Virus record (IMG/VR): IMGVR_UViG_3300027963_005443
Length of the DNA: 64,000 nt
Reading direction: 5' to 3' (one strand)
Source of the DNA: a virus
Shown: positions 58,604-64,000 of the stretch, piece by piece
How the letters are laid out: the number at the start of each line of letters is the position of its first letter
How positions within the stretch are numbered: position 1 is the first letter of the stretch
Notes under the pieces: model-generated
The model's input: the letters and a program-made list of their open reading frames with translations, nothing else
Database searches by the model: none
Told to the model about the DNA's origin: nothing
Translations under genes and position numbers: made by a program

Positions 58604-59400
58604 TAGTATGTCATGAAAGTTGTTGCTATCATTCCTACTATCTTGTTATTTTTTTCATGAGGAGAAAAGTATTCATCCCATTCGCTGGGTTGAATTATGT
58701 ATTCCCGCTTCTTCACAGGACTGTCTATATCGTAACCCCAACATCTAACTAGGCCTTTATCTTTGTCAAATGATAGGTCTATGTTAAATTGCATGGCTAT
58801 CGAACTGTTTGGAACTCCTTGTCCGGAACCTTTAAACTCAAAGATTATCTTATAATAATCTTTGTTCATTTCCTTCATACCCACAGGAAACATAATATAC
58901 TCTGGGTATTTAAGTCTTACCACATTGAAAAGATCATGGGCCAATCTCTTTAGATCGTATTCTTTACTGGGGTATTCGTTGTTTATTTCGCTGAATTTCT
59001 TTATCTTCTCATACAGGAATCTTGCCGTTCCTCTTTCTCTGTTTATTTTATAATCATCTATATCCAAAACATTCTTACATATTTTAACGTCATTTCCATT
59101 TAAATCTTTAATGTATTTTCTGGTTGTTATTCTTAGACTTCCGAATGGATTTATATTAACTTCTATTACATTACCATTCTCTGTCCAGGCTATTTCCTCC
59201 TCCCAGATCTTGAGGGCTTTTTTCCCATCTGATTGTATTAGGTATTTTAATTCGTCAAAAAAACTCTCTATTTTGAATAGCTTCCATGGCTCGGCATTAT
59301 CGTTGTCGGGCTGAGTGTTTTTTTCTTCTTTATTTTTTTCTGGTTTTTTTACCTCGAAACCATAGTCGGCATACTCTAAAAACCATTTTGAAAATTTCAT
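58603..59400 (-). CDS. Hypothetical protein with capsid-targeting-like N-terminus
   Basis: MKFSKWFLE from 59400 (or 59406); the track start at 59520 overlaps the divergent gene. Confidence 0.7.
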   Translation of the reverse strand: MKFSKWFLEYADYGFEVKKPEKNKEEKNTQPDNDNAEPWKLFKIESFFDELKYLIQSDGKKALKIWEEEIAWTENGNVIEVNINPFGSLRITTRKYIKDLNGNDVKICKNVLDIDDYKINRERGTARFLYEKIKKFSEINNEYPSKEYDLKRLAHDLFNVVRLKYPEYIMFPVGMKEMNKDYYKIIFEFKGSGQGVPNSSIAMQFNIDLSFDKDKGLVRCWGYDIDSPVKKREYIIQPSEWDEYFSPHEKNNKIVGMIATTFMTY

Positions 59401-59422
59401 ATCCATACAGTATATAATCTTA

Positions 59423-60172
59423 ATGAGCCGAAAAAAAGCAGTTATAAAACATAAACCTCTATTAATAGACAATCTTTTAAAGTCAAATGACATAGAAATA
59501 AGATTGTTCTCTGGGATCACATGTCAAGATTGTATTCCAAATAATTCAAATTATTTCATAGAATGTGACTTTGCAGGATATCAAAGAAATTTACTTGATC
59601 CAAATTATTGGACGCATGATGTGTCTGTGATGGAAAAGTATTTAGCTACATCTTATTATTCGCCTATACTTTATGATAATTTCAGTGAATCAACGGTATC
59701 AATTAAAGGTTATTACGCAGTAAAGCAAAGCACTGAAGAGTTATTGTTTTACTCAGAGTTTTTGGATATTATGAGTTTGGATTCATATGAGAGTTTTTCT
59801 CTGGAATTATTCTTCTCTATAGACAAGTATTTTTATAAAAATCCAAAGTTATTAAATCTAACAATTTATATAAACAATCCTGAATCATCTTATATAAATA
59901 ATGCTTTATTAGAGATCAAAAACACAGCATACAATGGAGTTAGTTGTGATGAATGTATAAAAGATATTTTAGGGTTCAACAGCAATTTCTATAATAATGC
60001 TTATTTCTTATCAATTAACCAAAATATTATGAATTCAGGCGGACCTGTTCCCTCTAATTTAACTTTTACTGTATTGATAATAGCCCCAGGATATAACGAC
60101 TACACACAGAGTGTTACATTGACACTAAACCAAGATAGTTACACAATAAATGCGAACATGGTGCAACAGTGA
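59423..60172 (+). CDS. Hypothetical protein
   Basis: 249 aa ORF, TATATA at 59411. Confidence 0.6.
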   Translation: MSRKKAVIKHKPLLIDNLLKSNDIEIRLFSGITCQDCIPNNSNYFIECDFAGYQRNLLDPNYWTHDVSVMEKYLATSYYSPILYDNFSESTVSIKGYYAVKQSTEELLFYSEFLDIMSLDSYESFSLELFFSIDKYFYKNPKLLNLTIYINNPESSYINNALLEIKNTAYNGVSCDECIKDILGFNSNFYNNAYFLSINQNIMNSGGPVPSNLTFTVLIIAPGYNDYTQSVTLTLNQDSYTINANMVQQ

Positions 60173-60426
60173 ACTTTAAGAGTTGGCTGGAGAGCAAAAG
60201 CTTTGATAATAACAAAGATTTTATAATTAGTTTTCTAGATTTGGATAAAAACGATGCACTCTCTCAGTCTTTGGATTTTTTTGATAGAAAAGATTTGTTC
60301 AAAAGAATAAAAGATACTAATTATTATAATAATTTGGATGATTCGTCTAAGGATAGACTGAAAAATGTTTTATTGAAGACTGGCAGAACCGTAGGAGATT
60401 TAGTTAGATCTGTTTCTGAGATTTAG
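60169..60426 (+). CDS. Small protein with capsid-targeting-like N-terminus
   Basis: MNFKSWLES. Confidence 0.65.
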   Translation: MNFKSWLESKSFDNNKDFIISFLDLDKNDALSQSLDFFDRKDLFKRIKDTNYYNNLDDSSKDRLKNVLLKTGRTVGDLVRSVSEI

Positions 60427-60653
60427 CTTAATTCTTTTTTTAATATATCTTTACACTTATCCATCATTTCTTCTAATTCCTTAGGCTTACAGCCTAGTAA
60501 TCTGCAAGCTCCGCTTTTATTTAATCTTCCTTTTTTAGTATAAACTTTATTTTCATTTAATAACAATGCGTCTATAAGTTTACCGTATCCCTTGTCTATC
60601 AGTTTTTGTATCATTTCTTGTTTTTCCAATATATCTACAAAGTTTTTATTCAT
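60423..60653 (-). CDS. Small HTH-like protein
   Basis: NKSGACRLLGCKPKEL pattern. Confidence 0.5.
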   Translation of the reverse strand: MNKNFVDILEKQEMIQKLIDKGYGKLIDALLLNENKVYTKKGRLNKSGACRLLGCKPKELEEMMDKCKDILKKELS

Positions 60654-60712
60654 AGTTTGTTTCTCCTTTGTGAATATTATATTAAAAAAAAGTTATAGAA
60701 TCAATGTATTTA

Positions 60713-61228
60713 TTATTCTATATATGCTCTATCGTATCTGAGTGTTAGATCTATAGTCATAACATCAGAACTAGACATGTCTAATTCACCAAACTCTATG
60801 TTTTGCGGCCATGCATTCTCGAACGTCCATGTTTCTATTACATTCCCGCACCCGTCATACATCTCCAAAGTACAATTTCGCTTAAAGCCAGAACTTACAC
60901 TTGGTTTCCAGTCCCCCGACTTTGTGTCATATATAGACTTTATCCACTCGATTACAGGATTGGTGGAATCTTTTTTTTGTTTTATATCATATAAACTCAA
61001 CGGAAAAGGTTTCCATTCTGGCTTACTGGGGTAAAATATAGTTTCATTTAAATGTTGGACTTCCATTTCTTTGAAACTAAGACTTGGACGTGAGGACCTT
61101 AAAGGAGGTAACGCATTGACACCTTCTCCACTAATACCGTCCAGTTTTAACATCCATCTAAATTTTCTTTTGAAACAGGTATTGCCCCCAGACAAACCTA
61201 AATCAAATCCCATTGTATTTGCTGCCAT
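60713..61228 (-). CDS. Tail tube protein (T4 gp19-like), copy 2
   Basis: KRKFRW, RPSLSF, TLEMYDGCG, WTFENAWP, FGELD, LTLRYD. Confidence 0.85.
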   Translation of the reverse strand: MAANTMGFDLGLSGGNTCFKRKFRWMLKLDGISGEGVNALPPLRSSRPSLSFKEMEVQHLNETIFYPSKPEWKPFPLSLYDIKQKKDSTNPVIEWIKSIYDTKSGDWKPSVSSGFKRNCTLEMYDGCGNVIETWTFENAWPQNIEFGELDMSSSDVMTIDLTLRYDRAYIE

Positions 61229-61247
61229 ATAATTATATAGTATGCAT

Positions 61248-61280
61248 AAAAAAAATCCCCCCGAAAAATCGAGGGGATTT
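61248..61280 (-). terminator. Rho-independent terminator between the tube paralogs
   Basis: Minus strand ATCCCCTCGA-TTTT-TCGGGGGGAT plus poly-T. Confidence 0.75.
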
Positions 61281-61312
61281 CTTATTTTTAATATCTAAAT
61301 CACAAGAACTTA

Positions 61313-61885
61313 TTAGCAACCGGCACAAGGACAGCCGGTAACTGCTGTTCCACATGAATTCATGTACTTGGCTGTTGAGTATCTTAGTGTTAACTCAATA
61401 TTCAATTCTTCTGAACTTGAGTAATCTAGATCACCAAAATTAATACTTTGTGGCCAGACATGCTCTAACTCCCATCGTTCCATTTCTTTTCCGCAACCAT
61501 CATACATGGTCAGAATTCCTATACCGGCATAGCCAGCTTTGACAGAACTCATAGTTACGTTGCCGGCTTTGTCGTTAAAGTTATAAACTGTTGACAGCCA
61601 ACTGTATAGATTGGCAACATCGCCACCAGCGCCAGCATTAACTACGTCATAGTATGTAACTGTTAGTGTTTCCCAACTTGCTTTGCCTGGGATCCACATT
61701 TTACCATGAAGGTAGTTTATTTCTGTTTCTTCGATAGTTAAACTTGGTCTATTGGCAACCTTTACAATTGTTTCTGGTATTGAGCCACAGGGAGTCTCTA
61801 ATTGAAAGGTCCACCTAAATTTACGCTTAAATATTGCGTTGGCATTACCCAGATTGCCTATTCCCATATTGGATAAACTTGACAT
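61313..61885 (-). CDS. Tail tube protein (T4 gp19-like), copy 1
   Basis: KRKFRW, RPSLTI, LTMYDGCG, WELEHVWP, FGDLDY, LTLRY. Confidence 0.85.
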   Translation of the reverse strand: MSSLSNMGIGNLGNANAIFKRKFRWTFQLETPCGSIPETIVKVANRPSLTIEETEINYLHGKMWIPGKASWETLTVTYYDVVNAGAGGDVANLYSWLSTVYNFNDKAGNVTMSSVKAGYAGIGILTMYDGCGKEMERWELEHVWPQSINFGDLDYSSSEELNIELTLRYSTAKYMNSCGTAVTGCPCAGC

Positions 61886-61920
61886 ATAAAATTCTCCTTA
61901 TCTTCTTTTGTTTTTAGATA

Positions 61921-64000
61921 TTAAAATGTTTCTGTATTTTCTGAGAAGCTACCTGTTCTATGAATTGAGAATTCTAAGAATATGAATTCGGCAGCTCTGA
62001 TTGGCTGAATTCCTATTCTTGCTCTAAATTCATTTCTGTCTATTACGTCGGCAGTATTTAATTCTGCATCTGCTTTAATGATATAATCATTGACACCTCT
62101 TCCAACCTTGATCTCAGATAGTATTGAGTTAGCTAATGTTGTGAATTTGCTTCTGAATTGCTCATCATGTGGATCGAATATTAACGATCTTGATGCTGTT
62201 CTAATTCTCTTTTCAATTACAAACATTAATCTTCTTACGTTCACTCTATCGAGAGCAGTAGGTCTTCTTTGTAGTGTTTTCTGACCGAATATTACGAATC
62301 CTTGTGTATCAACAAATTGAACAATTGGATTGATACAATTTCTGTTGCCATACATCGTATCTCTTTCTTCAAGTGAAGGTCTAGAATATACATCTAATAT
62401 ATTTGGAACCACACCTCTGTTCAGACCGGCTGGGGCAAACCATGGTTCTGATATGCTGTCTGATACGGCAATTGTGGCCATAACAGCGCCAGATGGTGGA
62501 ACCCATACATCTAGGTTGTTATGGTTATCACGAATCTTGACCCAAGGCCAGTAAAGTGCACCGAAGTCACTGTCTAGTCTATCTAGATTAAGTGGGTGAA
62601 TACCGTTTTGCCATTGGACTATTTCTTTAACTGTTAAGCCGAATGGCGGGTCAATGATTGCAAGGCAATCACTTCTAACATTCTGGCAGAGATTTAATAG
62701 ACTGGTTACAACGGCTGTGCTACTGTGTCCTGGAACTGCAACTAAATCAATGTCGATTTGTTCTGGTTCGCTAAGGGCGTATAGTCCAGTATATCCAACT
62801 TCGTTTCCGATCAAGAGTTCATCCTGACGATCTGGATCCGATGGTATTCCGTCTGATCCTCCGGTTAAGGTGTAAACACCGTCGAGGGGTGAGAAACTTG
62901 TGGAGTCTAGTGGAGGAGATGTTGTGTCTGTCATATCCATTACACGAATGTAGTCAGATACTAGACTTAAATATGATTCTACATATAGTCTGCTTGTGGC
63001 ATCTTTTGTTAAGTTTCCCCAAGATTCAACTTGAGTTCCATTGCTGAACACTTGCATCGTGAATGTATTATTTCTAATATCATTTAGAATCTTGACTTGC
63101 GTTCTATTTCCTTCTATACCTGGTGAGTCGGCGGATATAGTGAATGTTATATCCATATTGTTTGCGTTTTCTGAGCCATAAACAATGCCAGCAGTATTGG
63201 TATCATCTGAATTAGGATCTGATGAAGATACTGCCACTGGACTTTCACCAACTTTAGTGGTTGTGTCTAAGCCAAATATGGTCTCGGATGTACTATCTGG
63301 CTTGATTCTTAAGCGAGCATCACGACCAACGTGTAGAGTTCTTATGCTTACTTTGTTTGTATCATATATTTCTGCAACAAAACCGCCTGGAAGACTTGAT
63401 ATTGCTGTGTTTATTGCGTCTACAACCTGAGAAGCAGTTCGGCTGGCACCAAGTGATGAAAGATCAATTACTTGAACAACATTATCAATTGCTGGAACAT
63501 CTGTTCCGTCAACTATGATTTGTAGGTTGAGTCCAGAATCAGATAGATCAAATGGTCCATTTACCGAGCCAACGGCCATGGCAGGCATCATATCCATTCC
63601 TAGTCCTATCGGTGAATTTGGTCCATATATGCTATCATAAACAGAAACTAGCTCCAGTGATGAACTTGGTCCATATGCCCATATTGTTTTTACTCCAATC
63701 TTGTCACTTGTTGAGTAGAATATAATTCCATCATTATTTGTGTCTAGTTGGTTGTTTAGTAAGTCAGCTAGATCCATTGCTGAATAATTTCCTTGTGGTA
63801 TGACAAGTGTTTTGCTTGATAGAACTCCATTCAGCTTCCATTTGAACCACATTCTGTCTTCTGATATTGTGTAATTATCCTCTAGTTTAGAGTTGATTGA
63901 GATGATTGCTCCAGCAGATGGAACGTCAGCACTAGCAGTTTCTGCACGCTCATCGTTTACGTTATCTTCTTCGCCAACTCTGACTACATAGAGTTCTGAG
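61921..64000 (-). CDS. Contractile tail sheath protein (gp18-like), 5' end off window
   Basis: PWFAPAG, INPIV, GQKTLQ, DRVNVRRL, IQPIRAAEFI; the frame stays open upstream of 63852 (SELYVVRV) to the window edge. Confidence 0.93.
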   Translation of the reverse strand, partial: SELYVVRVGEEDNVNDERAETASADVPSAGAIISINSKLEDNYTISEDRMWFKWKLNGVLSSKTLVIPQGNYSAMDLADLLNNQLDTNNDGIIFYSTSDKIGVKTIWAYGPSSSLELVSVYDSIYGPNSPIGLGMDMMPAMAVGSVNGPFDLSDSGLNLQIIVDGTDVPAIDNVVQVIDLSSLGASRTASQVVDAINTAISSLPGGFVAEIYDTNKVSIRTLHVGRDARLRIKPDSTSETIFGLDTTTKVGESPVAVSSSDPNSDDTNTAGIVYGSENANNMDITFTISADSPGIEGNRTQVKILNDIRNNTFTMQVFSNGTQVESWGNLTKDATSRLYVESYLSLVSDYIRVMDMTDTTSPPLDSTSFSPLDGVYTLTGGSDGIPSDPDRQDELLIGNEVGYTGLYALSEPEQIDIDLVAVPGHSSTAVVTSLLNLCQNVRSDCLAIIDPPFGLTVKEIVQWQNGIHPLNLDRLDSDFGALYWPWVKIRDNHNNLDVWVPPSGAVMATIAVSDSISEPWFAPAGLNRGVVPNILDVYSRPSLEERDTMYGNRNCINPIVQFVDTQGFVIFGQKTLQRRPTALDRVNVRRLMFVIEKRIRTASRSLIFDPHDEQFRSKFTTLANSILSEIKVGRGVNDYIIKADAELNTADVIDRNEFRARIGIQPIRAAEFIFLEFSIHRTGSFSENTETF

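Noticed and set aside
1-64000. Alternative genetic code (stop or AGA reassignment)
   Set aside because: Conserved genes are full length under the standard code, all three stops terminate genes, and AGA encodes conserved Arg in PyrG.
1-64000. Eukaryotic giant virus or cellular chromosome origin
   Set aside because: Shine-Dalgarno sites, rho-independent terminators, DnaE, IF3/bS21 and T4-like sheath/tube/gp32/gp46-47 indicate a bacteriophage.
1-64000. tRNA or rRNA genes
   Set aside because: Intergenic gaps are short, and none showed a cloverleaf with GGTTCGA/TTC T-loop signatures by eye; a tRNAscan-SE run would be decisive.

Overview
AT-rich, gene-dense segment of a large T4-like (myovirus/jumbo) bacteriophage genome read with the standard genetic code. 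No rRNA, tRNA or CRISPR array was seen. From left to right: two tandem paralogous virion-surface genes (LamG-like + SUMF1/FGE-sulfatase modules with Thr/Pro stalks; the first runs off the window and is missing from the ORF track), glycosyltransferases, a secreted trypsin, host-like translation genes (IF3, bS21), a DnaE polymerase split into two separately transcribed genes with a PspC and an acidic-protein gene between them, further fibre-like genes and an alginate lyase, a nucleotide block (DHFR, ThyA, PyrG, intein-containing class II-like RNR), a recombination/replication block (gp46/47, Dda/RecD-like, UvsW-like, RecA, gp32, DnaB, PolA-like, AEP-like, sigma-region-2 protein) and the tail module (two tube paralogs, sheath running off the right edge). 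The most notable observations are: an RNR intein ending in Arg-Arg before the catalytic Cys; an intein-free split DnaE with a duplicated junction; circularly permuted FGE domains; and a family of about nine unrelated proteins sharing a T4 capsid-targeting-like N-terminus, associated with a TATATA upstream motif and a gp55-sized sigma candidate. All annotations come from motif recognition by eye; no database search was run.
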